NCBI RefSeq assembly: GCF_009914755.1
Contig: NC_060927.1
Strand: one strand, 5' to 3'
Length of the DNA stretch: 64,000 bases
Origin: the human T2T-CHM13v2.0 reference genome, Homo sapiens
Part shown: piece by piece, positions 33,135 through 47,169 of the stretch
Layout of the letters: each line of letters starts with the position of its first letter
How positions within the stretch are numbered: the stretch's first letter is position 1
Translations under genes and position numbers: made by a program
The notes under the pieces: generated by a model
Database searches by the model: none
Told to the model about the DNA's origin: nothing
The model's input: the letters and a program-made list of their open reading frames with translations, nothing else

Positions 33135-34158
33135 TTACAATTTGGTATGTTTTTGCAGTGGCTGGTCCCAGTTGTTCCTTTCCATGTTTAGTGCTTCCTT
33201 TAGGAGCTCTTGTAAGGCAGGCCTGGTGGTGACAAAATTTCTCAGCATTTGCTTGTCTGTAAAGGATTTTATTTCTCCTTCACTTATGAAGCTTAGTTTG
33301 GCTGGATATAAAATTCTGGGTTGAAAATTCTTTTCTTTAAGAATGTTGAATATTGGCCCCCACTCTCTTCTGGCTTGCAGGGTTTCTTATGAGAGATCCA
33401 CTGTTAGTCTGATGGGCTTCCCTTTGTGGGTAAGCTGACCTTTCTCTCTGGCTGCCCTTAACATTTTTTCCTTCATTTCAACCTTGGTGAATCTGATGAT
33501 TGTGTGTCTTGGGGTTGCTCTTCTCAAGGAGTATCTTTATGGTGGTCTCTGTATTTACTGAATTTGAATGTTGGGCTGTCTTGCTGGGTTGGGCAAGTTC
33601 TTCTGGATAATATCCTGAAGAGTGTTTTCCAACTTGGTTCCATTCTCCCTGTCACTTTCAGGTACACCAATCAGACGTAGATTTGGTCTTTTCACATAGT
33701 CCCATATTTCTTGGAGGCTTTGTTTGTTCCTTTTCATTCTTTTTTCTCTAATCTTGTCTTCTCACTTTATTTCATTAAGTTGATCTTCAGTCTCTGATAT
33801 CCTTTCTTCAGCTTGATTGATTCAGCTATTGATACTTGTGTATGTTTCCCAAAGTTCTCATGCTGTGTTTTTCAGCTTCATCAGGTCATTTATGTTCTTC
33901 TCTAAAGTGGTTTTCTGGTTAGCAATTCCTCTAATATTTTTTCAAGGTTCTTAGCTTCCTTGCATTGGGTAGAACATGCTCCTTTAGTTTGGAGGAGTTT
34001 GTTATTACCCACCTTCTGAAGCCTACTTCTGTCAATTCGTCAAACTCATTCTCCATCCAGTTTTGTTCCATTGCTGGCAAGGAGTTGTGATCCTTTGGAG
34101 GAGAAGAGGCATTCTGGTTTTTGGAATTTTCAGCCTTTTCGTGGTGGTTTCTCCTCAT
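33135..34158 (-). pseudogene. Disrupted L1 ORF1
   Basis: MRRNHHEKAENSKNQNASSPPKDHNS...ENEFDELTEVGFRRWVITN and SLQEIWDYVKRPNLRLIGVPE occur in separate broken ORFs. Confidence 0.92.
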
Positions 34159-35714
34159 CTTTGTGGATTTATCTACCTTTGGTCTTTGATGTTGGTGACC
34201 TTTGGGTGGGGTCTCTGAGTGGACATCCTTTTTGTTGATATTGATGCTGTTCCTTTCTGTTTGTTAGTTTTCCTTCTAACAGTCAGGCCCCTCTGCTGCA
34301 AGTCTGCTGGAGTTTTCTGGAGGTCCACTCCAGACCTTGTTTGCCTGGGTATCACCAGCCGAGGCTGCAGAACAGCAAAGATTGCTGCCTGTTCCTTCCT
34401 TTGGAAGCTTTGTCCCAGGGAGGCACCCACCAGATGCCAGCTGGAGCTCTTCTGTATAAGGTGTGTGTTGGTCCCTGCTGGGAGACATGGGGGTCAGGGA
34501 TGCACTTGAGGAGGCAGTCTGACCCTTAGCAGAGCTTGAATGCTGTGCTGGGAGATCTGCTGCTTTCTTCAGAGCTGTCCGGCAGGGATGTTTAAGTCTG
34601 CTGAAGCTGCACCCACAGGTGTCGTTTCCCCCAGGTGCTCTGTCTCAGGGACATGGGGGTTTTATCTGACTGGGGCTGCTGACTTTTTTTCAGAGATGCC
34701 CTGCACAGAGAGGAGGAATCTAGAGAGGCAGTCTGGCTACAGCAGCTTTGCTGAGCTGTGGAGGGCTCTGCCCATTTGGAACCTCCCAGCGGCTTTGTTT
34801 ACACTGTGAGGGTAAAACCACCTACTCAAGCCTCAGTAATGGTGGATGCCCCTCCTCACACCAAGCTCAAGCATCCCAGGTCGACCTCAGACTGCTGTGC
34901 TGGCAGTGAGAATTTCAAGCTAGTGGATCTTAGCTTGCTGGGCTCTGTAGGGGTGGGATCTGCTGAGCTAGACCACTTGGCTCCCTGGCTTCAGCCCCCT
35001 TTCCAGGGGAGTGAACGGTTCTGTCTCACTGGTGTTCCAGGCACCACTGGGGTATGAAAAAAAAAAAAAAAACTCTTGCAGCTAGCTTGGTGTCTGCCCA
35101 AATGGCTGCCCAGTTTTGTGCTTGAAACCCAGGGCCCTGGTGGTGTAGGCACCGGAGCGAATCTCCTGGTCTGAGGGTTATGAAGACCGTGGGAAAAGCA
35201 TAGTATCTGGGCCAGAGTGCCCTGTTCCTCATGGTACAGTCCTTTACCACTTCCCTTGGCTAGAGGAGGAAGTTCCCTGAACCCTTGGTGCTTCCCTGGT
35301 GAGGTGATACCCCAACCTGCTTCGGCTTGCCCTCCATGGGCTGTACCCACTGTCTAACCAGTTCCAATGAGATGAACCAGGTAACTCAGTTGGAAATGGA
35401 GAAATCACCCACCTTCTGCGTTGATCTCACTGGGAGATGCAGACCGGAGCTGGTCCTATTCAGCTGTCTTGCCAGCAGAAATCTCCTGTCTACTTCAAAT
35501 TATTAATACTGGTAAAATATAAACTCTTTGTTCCAGCATAGCTCTATTTTCATATCTCTCCTTTGTGCTAATATTTCAAAACCTATTATATTCATATATG
35601 TTATAAAGCAAACAATACAGTGTTGCAATTATTGCTTTATGCAATACTATGTATTTTAAAGACGTTAAAGAAATGAGAAATATATATTTATAGTCTTTTA
35701 TATTAATTAATGTG

Positions 35715-38107
35715 CAGGTATACCTTGTTTTATTGCACTTTGGAGATACTGTGTTTTTTGACAAATTGGAGGTTAGTGGCAACCCTGTGTTGAGCAAGTC
35801 TATTGGCACCATTTTTCCAGCAGCCTGTGTTTACTTCATGTCTCTGTGTCAAATTTTGGTAATTCTCACACTATTTCAAAGTTTTTCATTATTTTATCTG
35901 TTATGGTGACTGCAATCAGTGATCTTTGATGTTACTATTGTAATTGTTTTGGAGTGCCACAAACTGTGCTTATATAATACAGTGAATTTAATCGATAAAT
36001 ACGTGTGTTCTGACTGCGCCCCCAACCACCCATTCTGTGTTTCTCTCTCTCTTCTGGCCTCCCTATTCCCTGAGACACAACAATATTAAAGTTACACTAA
36101 TTAATAACCCTACAATGGCCTGAGAGTGTTCAAGTGAAAGGAAGAGTTGTACATCTTTCTCTTTAAATCAAAAACTAGAAATGATTAAGCTTAGTGAGGA
36201 AAGTATGTTGAAAGCCAAGATAAGCCAAAAGCAAGGTCTCTTACACCAGTTAGGCAAGTTGTGAATGCAAAGGAAAACTTCTCGGAGGAAAGTAGAAGTG
36301 CTGCTCCAGCAAACATACATGATAAAAAAGTGAAGCAGCCTTACCGCTGATATGGAGAAGGCTTGAGTGGTCTGGATAGAAGATCAAACCAGCCACAACA
36401 CTTCCTTAAGCCAAAGCTTAATCCAGAGAAAGGCCCTAATGCTCTTCAATTCTATGAAGGCTGAGAGAGGTAAGGAAGCTGAAGAAGGAAAGTTTGAATC
36501 TAGCAGGGATTGGCTCACAAGGTTTGAGGAAAGAAACCATCTTCATAGCAGAAGTGCAAGGTGAAGCAGCAAGTGCTGATGTAGAAGCTGCAGCAAGTTA
36601 TTGAGAAGATCCAGCTATGGTAATTGATAGAGGTAGCTACACTAAACAACAGATTTTCAATGGAGATAAAACATACTTCTACTGGTAGAAAATGCCATCT
36701 AGGACTTTCACAGCTAGAGAGAAGTCAATGCCTGGCTTCAAAGCATCAAAGCACAGGCTGACTCTCTTGTGAGAGGCTAATGAAGTTGGTGACTTTAAGT
36801 TGAAGCCAGTGTTCACTTACCATTCCAAAAATCCTAGGGCTCTTACTAATTATGTTATTAATTAGGCTAAATTTACTCTGCCTGTGCTCTAGAAATGGAA
36901 CCACGAAGCCTGGATGACAGCACATTTGTTACAGCATGGCTTACTGAATATTTTAAGCCCACTGTTGAGACCTACTGCTCAGCAAAAAATATTCCTTTCA
37001 AAATATTACTGTTTATTGACAATGCACTTGGTTGTTCAAGAGCTCTGATACAGTTGTATAAGTAGATTAATATTGTTTTTATGCCTGCTAATACATCCAT
37101 TTTGCAGCCCATGGATCAAGAAGTAATTTTGATTTTCAAGTCTTCTTAATTAAGAAATACATTTCATAAAGCTATAGCTGATATAGATAGTGATTCCTCT
37201 GATGGATCTGGGCAAAGTAAGTTGAAAACTTTCTGGAAAGAATTCACCATTCTAGATGCCATTAAGAACATTCATGATTCATGGGAGGAGGTCAAAATGT
37301 CAACATTAACAGAAGTTTGGAAGAAGCTGATTCCAATCTTGATAGATAGCTTTGAGCGGTTCAAGACTTCAGTAGAGGAAGTCACTGCAGTTGTGGTGGA
37401 AACAGCAAGAGAACTAGAATGAGAAGTGGAGCCTGAGGATGTGACTGAACTGCCACAATCCCATAATACAATTTTAACTGATGAGAAGTTGCTTCTTATG
37501 GTGGTAAAATAAAGTGGTTTCTTAAAATGGAATCTACTCCATTTGAAGATGCTGTGAACATTGTTGAAATGGCAACAAAGGATTTAGACTAATACATAAA
37601 CTTGGTTGATTAAGGCAGCAGCGGGGCTTAAAAAGATTAACTCCAATTTTGAAAGAATTTCTACTGTGGGTAAAATGCTATCAAACAGCACCACGTGGTA
37701 CAGAGAAATCTTTAGTGAAAGAGTCAATCAATGCAGCAAGCTTCACTGTTGTCTTATTTTCAGAAATTGTCACAACCACCCTTCCTTTAGCAACCAACAC
37801 CCTGATCAGTCAATAGCCATCATATTGAGGTAAGATCCTCCACCAGCAAAAAGATTATGACTTGCTGAAAACTCAGATGGTTTTTTTAAAGCATCTTTTA
37901 GCAATAAAAGTATTTTTAAATTAAGGTATGTACATTTGTAGACATAATGCTATTGCACACTTAATAGACTACGGTATAAAGGTATAATTAAACATAACTT
38001 TTATATGCACTGGAAAACCAAAAAGTTTGTGTGATTTCCTTTATTGTGATATTTGCTTTATTGCAGTGGTCTGGAATTAAACCTGCAATATCTTTTATGT
38101 ATGCCTT
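35715..38107 (+). mobile_element. Full-length Tigger1 DNA transposon (pogo/Tc1-mariner), transposase decayed
   Basis: TIRs caggtatacc... and ...gtatgcct followed by TA; ~2.4 kb. Plus-strand ORF fragments [10 protein letters not shown]...[10 protein letters not shown] and [24 protein letters not shown] are Tigger1 transposase. Confidence 0.95.
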
Positions 38108-40149
38108 TATTTACCGTTTCTGGTGTTTTTCATTTCTTTCTGCAGATTTTAGTAACTCTCTGAAGTCATTTCTTTTTAGTTTGGTAGACTTCTTAGAGAA
38201 CTTCTTCTAAGGTAAGCCAGTCAGCAATAGATTCTGTCAGTTTTTGTTTTTCTGGGAATGTTTTTATTTTGCATTAATGTTTGGAGGATAGTTTTTTTGG
38301 GTACAGTAATTTTGGTTGATGGTCTTTTCCTGTCATCACTTGGAATGTGGTATCGCACTGCCTTATGGTGTCTATTGTTTCTAGTGAGAAGTCAGGAAAA
38401 TTAATTTTACTCTTGCTCCCCTATACATGAGTCTATTTTCTCTTGCTGCTGTTAAGATTTTCACTTTCTCCTTAGCTTTCAACAGTTTTACTGTGGTGTA
38501 CCTATGTGCATATGTCTTTGTATATTTTCAGCTTGGGGTTTGTTGAGCTTCTTGGATGTGTAATTAAAAATGTTTAAATTAAATTTAGGAAGTTTTGGCC
38601 AATATATTAATATATTAAAAAATTCTTTCTGCCTCTTTCTCTCTCTCTGTGTATTTTTGGGACTCCCTTTATGCATATATTTGTGTGCTTCATATTGTCT
38701 GACAGGTCTCTGGGGCTCTCTTTATGATTTTCAGTCTCTTTAACTCTTAGTTTTTCAGATTGAATAATTTCTACTGATCTTTCTTCAAGTTTAAGAATTA
38801 TTTCTTCTATCTCAAATATGCTGTTGAACCCTTCTAATGATGTTTTTTCATTTCAGTTATCTCACAAGAGTGCAATAAGCTACCCAGACATAGGAAATCA
38901 GGCTTAAGAGTAAAAACAAGAATAAAAAACTGGACAGAGACATCAGAAGGCACACTGTGTAAGGGAGACAGATATCACACTTTTAACCAGGCAAGTTACT
39001 AAATAAACAGCTCCAGAATTTCATTTTGGTTCTTTTTTTATAACTCATATCTCCTAATCAGTGATCTCTTTTTGTTGATTTGTTGTGGTTATACTTTCCT
39101 TTAGTTCTTTAAATATGGTTTCTTTAGTTATTTGAACATATAGTGTATTTGAAGTATTTTTCTGCTAAGTCGAACATCCAGGAACCATCAGCAATAGTTT
39201 CTAGTGAGAGTCTTTTTCCTGAGTATGGGTCACATTTTACTGTTTCTTTTCATGTCTCATAGTTTTGTTGAAAATTAGACATTTTAGATAAAATATTGTA
39301 GTAACTCTGGATTCTGATTTGTTCACTCTGACAGTTGTTGACACTCTGTTTGTCTGCTTGTTTATTTAGTAAATTGCCTAGTTAAAAGTGTGAAATCTGT
39401 CTCCCTTACACAGTGTGGCCGCTGATGTCTCTGTCCAGTTTTTTATTCTTGTTTTTACTCTTAAGCCTGATTTCCTAGGGGTCATCCCTGTGTCTGGGTA
39501 GCTTAAAATGATCGTGCAGAGGTTGCGCTCACACACTTTGAGCCAGTATGGCTTTTGTCTTCTGCTGATGTATGTGTGTGGGGGAAAGAGTGCATTCAAA
39601 GTTCAGGATGTTTTCAAGTCTGCTGTGGTTTTCACTTTCTTCTGGGCACTGTCATGTCTCTTAGACAACTGTGCATAGACTCAGGGTTGGCCAACATGTG
39701 TGCATAGCCTTCTCCATTCTTTATTTCACACATGCTGCTGGGACTCTCTTTGCCCCAGTCACAACGACAACTCAGAATAGTAGAGCTATTGGCCCGCCTG
39801 TTTCCCCATTCTGAGATTATCACTTTCACCAAGTAGCCATCACACACTGCTCCACATTGAATGAGCCACCTTTAACCATGGCAGCCTCATTTCTGGTTCT
39901 CATACCCTAGAGAACCCTCTGTGTCAACTGGATGGGGGGATTGGGAACAGCCCTAGGCACTATAGTCACAGTCTTACCCTGTTACTAGTTGAATATCAGT
40001 AAGTTTTCAAGCATGACAGCTCTCAAATGGCTGTATGTATATGGCCCGTGTTCAGCATGCCTAAATGGTTGGTCTGTCGGTTTTATCCAGCTCTTCGAGC
40101 AGAGTGTTTGCTCACATCCTCACACAACCATAGCTGGAAGTCTTATGCA

Positions 40150-41330
40150 TTCCCACCACAGCATATTATTTTTATTACTACCCTTCATTTAAAAAATTGA
40201 ACTGATGAAATTACATCTGAAATTATTTCCTTTTTGCCTGAAGAAAACCTATTAGTGTTTCCTTTAGTTCATGTCTGCTAGTGACAATTCTGTAATTTAA
40301 AATGTATCCGAACTTGCCTTTATTCATCTTTGTTCTTGAAAGATATTTTCTCTGGTTATAAAGTTCTTGGGTTGGTAGTTATTTTCTTTGGCACATTGGT
40401 ATTATCATTCTATTGTCCTCTGTCTTTTGTATTTCTTGTGGAAAAGCTAGCACTCATTCTAATTGTTACTTTTTAAAGGTAATTTTTGGGTACTTCTGCC
40501 TGTTTTTAAGACTTTCTCTTAGTCTTCAGTTTTCGGCAGTTTTATTTTGAAATATTTGTGTAGGCTTTGAAAAATTGTGCTTGGGATTTGTTGGAATTTT
40601 TGAATCTATAGATGGATTTTTTTCATCACCTTTGGACAATTCTCAGCCATTTTATCATCATTTATTGCCCCTCTATCTCATAGCTTCTACTGGATTCCAA
40701 TGAAATGTATTTAGACCTTTTACTGTGTTCTCTCTGTCTTTTATTCCCTCATTTGTTTTCCTCTCACAGTTTTATCTCATTGTGCTTCATTTAAGACATT
40801 TTCTTTTTAATCTATCATCTAACTTAATTCTCTCTTTAGCTGTGTCTAATCCACTGTTAACCCATCCATTGTGTTTTTTAATTTCAGTGTTTATATTTTG
40901 AAATTGGGGAATTTATTTATATTTAGCTCAAATCTGCCATTCATTTTTTAAAATATAGTTTTCAATTCTCTGCTGAAATTATCAATCTTTTCTGTTGTCT
41001 CCTGGGACTTATAAACATAGTAATTGTAAAGACTTTTCCTGATCATCTCAATATCCAGAACCTCTGTGTGTCTATTTCTATCGTCTGTTGACTGCTGGTT
41101 TCATTCATGTTGTCTTGTCTCTTCATTTGCTTAGATATGTTTAGCTATTTGGTAGATATTTTATATGCTAAATTGTTTGCCAAAATAACTCGAGGCCTAG
41201 GATTGTAGGTATTCTCTTTCAGAGAATATTTGTGTTTGCTTCTACCGGTATCCTAGTGGACACTAGAATTTGGCATCACCTCAATGCAGTTTCACAGATT
41301 GAGAGCTTCTGGGTGTCCAGATGACTGGAA
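40150..41330 (-). mobile_element. Ancient L1ME/HAL1-like fragment
   Basis: Antisense ORF1-like T-rich motifs (ttcttgaaagatattttctctgg; ctgtgtctaatccactgttaacccatcc). Confidence 0.55.
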
Positions 41331-41869
41331 GCTGGACTCGCCAACTTCCTGTTCACTTCTGCGCATCAGATCTTTGTTAATGCAATCCACATATACAGTT
41401 TGCTTTTTGAACTGGTACCTCCCATGGGCCAGTTAGTATGAGTTAAGGTGAGGCAGGGGCAGCACCAGGGGTGGGAGACCATAGGACAGAGCCAACACCA
41501 GCAGACTTGGCAGGGAGGGAACCAAAAGGAGCAGCTTCCAATTTAGTGTGAGAAAGATTCCTCCCCCTGGAGCTGTCCAGGGAGGGTTTCCCAGGTGGGA
41601 GGAAGCACTTTACCATGGCAGGTGGGGAGCAGGGTTTGGGTGCTGGAGGAAGTGCAGAGGGGAATTTGGGCATTTAATGCGGTATGAGAGACAGGGAACT
41701 GGATTCCTTTGAAGGCCTATGAGGTTCTATGTCTTCCTGGCAGAAACAATTCCATCTGATTGGTGAGAAGCTCCCCCAGGCTGCCTCTTGAGAGCACAAA
41801 TGCCATTTGTATCACCTTAGCACTCAACTCATTGCTGTGCGAAACTCATTTCCCATCAAAGGGAAAGGA

Positions 41870-42497
41870 ATTATTTTTAATTTTAATTTTAGATTTAGGG
41901 GGTACATGTGCAGGTTTGTTATATATTACATGATGCTGAGGTTTGGGCTTCTATTGATCCCTTCACTCAGATAGTGAACACTGTACCCAATAGGAAGTTT
42001 TTCAGCCCTTGCCCTCTCCCTCCTCCTTTTGGAGTCCCTGCTGTCTACTATTGTCATCTTTTTGCCCATGTGTTCCCAGTGTTTAGCTCCCACTTACGAG
42101 TGAGAATGTATTATATTTGGTTTTCTATTTCTGTGTTAATTCACTTAGGATAATGGCCTCCAGCTGCATCCATGTTGCTGCAAAGGCCAGGATTTTATTC
42201 CTTTTTATGGCTGTGTTGTATTCCATGGTGTATATGTACCACATTTCTTTATTCATTCCACCGTTGATGGGCACCTGGGTTGATTCCATGCCTTTACTAT
42301 TGTGAATAGTGCTATGATAAACATACCAGTGTAAGTGTCATTTTGGTAGAACAAGTTATTTTCCTTTGTGTATATGCCTAGTCATGGGATTGCTGGGTCT
42401 AATGGTAGTTCTATTTTCAGTTCTTTGAGAAACTTCCAAACTGCTTTCCATAGGGGCTGAACTAATTTACATTCCCACTAACAGTGCACAAGCATTC
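41870..42497 (-). mobile_element. 5'-truncated L1 (L1PA15-17-like 3' end)
   Basis: ttttagatttagggggtacatgtgcaggtttgtta...tggcctccagctgcatccatgttgctgcaaagg...catagggctgaactaatttacattcccac. Confidence 0.85.
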
Positions 42498-42903
42498 AGG
42501 AAGGTAATCTTTTTTTAAATGAGGCGCAGGACAAGCATCCTGGTTGTTTCCCTCAAGGCCAGCTACCCCATTGCCCATCTTGCCAGCCCCTCCACCTCCC
42601 TGAGCTTGGCTCTAGCCTGTCTTTAATCCTTGCACAGCTGGGCTTGGTCCAGCCTCAGGGCCTTTGCACCCGCTCTTCTCTTGCCTGGGGTGCTCTTTAC
42701 CCAGTTCCTCACAGCTCTCGCCTCGAATGTTATCTGCTCCTGACTACCCAGTCTAAGGTGGATCTCCTTCATTCTCCATCACAGCAATGTCTGCTACTTC
42801 CTCTTTTTTATTTCTCAAATCCCCATCTGCAATTATTTAAATTACATAAGTATTTGTTTCTGGTTTGCCTCTTCCTTTATAAAAGGAAACCCCACAGGCT
42901 CAG

Positions 42904-43273
42904 TGTATTAGTCTGTTTTCATGCTGCTAATAAAAACATACCTGTGAGACTGGGTCATTTATACAGGAAAGAGGTTTAATGGACTTACAGTTCTGCATGG
43001 CTGGGTAGGCCTTACAATCACGGCAGAAGGCAAGGAGGAGCAAGTCATGTCTTACATGGATGGCAGCAGGAAAAGAGAGAGCTTGTGAGGGAAACTCCCC
43101 CTTATAGAACCATCAGATCTTGTGAGACTTATTCACTGTCACGAGAACAGCATGGGAATGACCCACTCCCATGATTCAATTACCTCCCACTGGGTCCCTC
43201 CTACAACACCTGGGAATTGTGGGAGCTACAATTTGAGATGAGATTTGGGTGGGGACACAGCAAAACCATATCC
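42904..43273 (-). mobile_element. THE1B/C (MaLR) solo LTR
   Basis: tgtattagtctgttttcatgctgc...aaccatcagatcttgtgagac...gagatttgggtggggacacagcaaaaccatatc, ~370 bp. The 5 bp flanks are ctcag and cttgg. Confidence 0.92.
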
Positions 43274-43779
43274 CTTGGGGACCTGTCTATCCTTCACATT
43301 GCACTGGGACTGGTGCAGAGCTAATACCCATGCTAACAAATGCAGAGGGAATGGGTAAGTGAATAAGGGAGGTAGAGAGGGAATGAATAAATGAGTCAGT
43401 GATTAGTGCCTGTGATCTTAGAGCACCTTGATGTAAAGCTCCTGGGTGGGGGCAAGAGGAGGGGGCATTTGGGCCTGCCCCCTGCTGAGAACCAGGGATT
43501 CACATGTGTGTAAACCCAGGCTGTGTCTAATTGCCCAGAAAGCTTTATTGGTGGCCTATGATGTGCTGGGAGTGAATCAAAACTGACTGAATTTCCTGAA
43601 GCTTTGGCAAACACAATAAATAACTCCATTATATACTGTCATTTAATATCCTCTATGATAAAACAGCTCCTCTATGTTAGAAATAAAACAGAGAGGGGGA
43701 GAAAGTGCTGGGAGGACCAGCTGCAATTTAAAATCATGTACATATCTCCCCAGGGGTATTACAGAAAAATAAAATATAA

Positions 43780-43990
43780 CACATTGCATGTCATATTCAT
43801 TCTAATATTACAGACAATACATCCCTTGTTATATTTATATGTTATAACACTGTAATATAGTGTAATACAGTAATATGACATATAATACAATATGTTATAT
43901 AACATGTAGGTAATTATAATTATATGATATAATAAATTATATGTGATGATGATATAGAATGATATATTGTATTATGTGCTCTATTACTTA
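43780..43990. repeat. AT-rich low-complexity (TA/TAA)n-like tract
   Basis: Degenerate atataat/tataaca runs. Confidence 0.7.
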
Positions 43991-44432
43991 TATTCATATG
44001 GAATTCTGACCTCCTGCAGGCAGGCTCAAGGCTGACTTCCATGGGAACATGGGGAGTGCCTTGGGCCCCCTAAGATTCAGATACCAGGTAGCCTCAGTTC
44101 TGGTCCCGTGACCATCACTGCATGTCTCCAAGACTCAGCTGCTCACCACAAAGGTTGTGGGGATGATTACATGAAAAGGGATGAGGGAATTATCCTTAAT
44201 AAGCACCTACTGGGTGCCAGTTAATTTTCACACCCAGCAGAATGAGTCTTCCAACATTGCAGGCTGACATTCCTTTTAACTTATTATGATTATTATTGAC
44301 ATTAAGAAACAGCTGAGAATTGGAGGGCCCAGCATAATCATTATACAGACGCGAACTCTCCCGCACCTCTGCCCCAGCAGCAGCCGTTGTTGTCCCATTC
44401 TGCTGCTCTCATTTCATCCCAAAGTCCTTAGT

Positions 44433-44469
44433 TGTGTGTGTGTGTGTGTGTGCACGCGCGTGCGTGCGC
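44433..44469. repeat. (TG)n/(CG) microsatellite
   Basis: tgtgtgtgtgtgtgtgtgtgcacgcgcgtgcgtgcgc, an alternating purine-pyrimidine tract. Confidence 0.9.
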
Positions 44470-46317
44470 CTAGGGGGAGGGGCTGGAATGTTTTTAAGGA
44501 AATCCTGGACTTTACAGATAAGGATTTAAAAAAAAAAGTAACCACAAAACTCTCATGGCATCCAAAAAAATTGACAATAATTCCTTGCTATCTTCTAGCT
44601 TAGTCCATGTTCAGCCACCCATGGTCCTCTCAAGGGTGTTTTTTCACACTCAATTTATTCAAATCAGGATCCCCGTAAGATCCACATAGTGCTTTTGGTT
44701 GATAAGTCTCTTAAGTGTCCCTTATAACATGTGCTCCTCCTGCTTTTCATTTCCATGCCATTTATTTCTTAAACAGGCAGGGTCAAAGTGTGTCCTATGG
44801 ACATGCTTTGGAAATGAATGAATGAATGGTGGAGTGAGTGAATGCATGACGGCTCACACTCATTTCTCTTTGCAGGAAAAGTGGGCAAGTTTTGAGTTCA
44901 ACGTGAGGCCTCAAGGATGTGTGCAACCCATGGTACTTGAATTTACTTATTGACTGTTTTTTGGAAATCCTTATTTCCCAAAACTCGTGGAAGGAGCTGA
45001 CTTCTGGCAGGAAACGTGGAACTGGCAGCGTGTCGTGCAAGCATCTGCAATCCCAGTCCTGAGCTGGACTTCTCAGAGAGGCTGGGCATTATTTATGGAG
45101 ATGTCGGAGTGACAGGGGGAACTTCTGGCCAGGAACTGCCGGTGGTGTCACATCCTTAACCTGGCTGACATCGGAACACCCTGGGGGGAGCATTTCTCCA
45201 GGAAAGGATGGTGGGTCAGGAGCCCGCATGGTGTCTTTTCAAAGCAATAATAAAGATATCAGAAGGGCAATCTGTCAGGCACAGACACTACTGGGCCTTG
45301 CTGAAGCTGGGCAGATGGTGCAGAGGAGAAGAACAGGGCTGGGAACCAGATGTTTCATTTCCTGAAAATAGACATGTCAGGTCTTCGGGGCTGTCAGATG
45401 CCCCCTCATTAGCCCATCAGCCTAAATGGAGCCATTGAGCACTGACATCTCACTCAGCTGTGGCACCTGGCAGAGGACCCAGGCCCAGAGCTGTCCAGCC
45501 TGGGGCCCTGGCCTGGGGTCTGAAAAGGCCGGTAAGGGGCAGCTACAGTGGACAGTCCTTTCCCCTCTACAGATGAGGAAACTGAGGCCAAGAGAGGGGA
45601 CGGTGCTTCAAAGAGTGGCAGCGATTCAATGGCAGAGATGGAATGGACCAGGTTTCAGCTCAGGGGTTCATAGAATTTCAGTGCTCAGAGTCTTTGGGAA
45701 CCCATACGAGAGGGCTTCTGGTTGGTTCAGATGCTCCTGAGTTGTTCTGGAGCTGCCCTGCCCCTTCCTATTTTTGCCATATCCTCGGGAGACTTGTCTT
45801 TGGGCTCATCTTACTTCAAGCACACTCACGTTTTTCCACTTAAGCAAATGGAAACTTGATAAACTGCCTTCAACAACAACAACCCCAAACCCAGCATCAC
45901 ACACCATGCATGCAAGGCAGTGTGTGATGAACACACTGAACAATGAACCCAGTGATTTCTAAGGAGTGGTGACGAATGCTGGCGAGCATGTGTCTCAGGA
46001 TGCCAAGCCTGAGGTCCATTCCCTTGGCTAATAAAGGTGGTGGGCGGACATTGGAGGGCACTAGAGACAGGCTGGCAGCAACCGAGACCTTCCCTATGCA
46101 GCAGTCAGCGGGAGGAGGAGATCATGGACCTTCTCATCAGGCAGGCTCACATTACTTAGTGTTCTGGTCCCATCTAATGGCATATTTTGGGAAACTTGGG
46201 GAACCCAGGCCCAAAGAAGAGGGGGCAAGTTCTTAAAGACCCACAGCAGGAGGCTGGTTCTGAAAGACTCATGGCTAGGGGGCTGGCTCCGCTTTCCAGA
46301 GACCACCAGGTGCTGGT

Positions 46318-46568
46318 GACCACACAGAGAGACACACAGACAGACACACAGATACCAACACACACAGACACAGTCACGCACACACAGAGACACATCCATG
46401 GAAGCACACAGATGCACACACATGCACACACACACACACACAGGTGCAACCAGATGCAGACACACAGATGCACATGGACACACACACAGACACAGACAGA
46501 GACACATGCACACAGATGCACACAGATACACACACAGACACACAGGCACACAGACACACACACACACC
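46318..46568. repeat. Degenerate (CA)n/(CACACAGA)n simple repeat
   Basis: ~250 bp of cacacaga/cacacagatg units. Confidence 0.9.
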
Positions 46569-47169
46569 ACGTAACCGTGACCCTGGGGGAAGCGCCTGCC
46601 CTCTCTGGGACTCAGTTTTCTCATCAGTACAATAGGAACCATAACTCTCCCTTTTCTAGGTTGGTCGTGAGCTGTCATTGGGTCATTCAACAAATACTTG
46701 CTGGACATTGGGTGTGAGGCATGTAGTAGGTGCTCAACATACAGAACCTCCTTCACCTCTCAAAAGAGGCTCTGACCTATGAAGCACCAGGTATCAGCGC
46801 CCACTCTGCAGCAGCACATGGCCAAGGCTTTACCTGCCTGTGCTCATTTGTCTGCCACTCCTTATGCTGGGTGCCATCTAACCATCTAACCCATGAGGAA
46901 ACTGAGGCTCCCATTCATGAAGTCGTGTGCTCAGGCATGAACAGGCGCTCTGGACAGTAAATAAGCTGGAGGCTCCTGGCAGGCAGAGGTAGCTCTGAGA
47001 CTAAGATATGGACCTTGGGACCCAGGAAATAGAGGCCCAGGGAGAACAGCCTCGCCTAGGGCCACCCACCCTCTATGTGAGCATCCAAGCTGCCTGCTGG
47101 TAATTCCAGATTCAGGGAGCTGAATTTCCAGCCCTGGGAGAAGAGCAAAGCCTGTCTCCGAGCCCCTTG

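Noticed and set aside
42990-43015. THE1B PRDM9 hotspot 13-mer
   Set aside because: The site reads cctacccagccat on the minus strand, not CCTCCCTNNCCAC.
46094-46756. 220 aa Cys/Val-rich ORF and overlapping Thr/His-rich ORFs
   Set aside because: They are open only because of the stop-free (CA)n-type repeat and MIR/L2 remnants.
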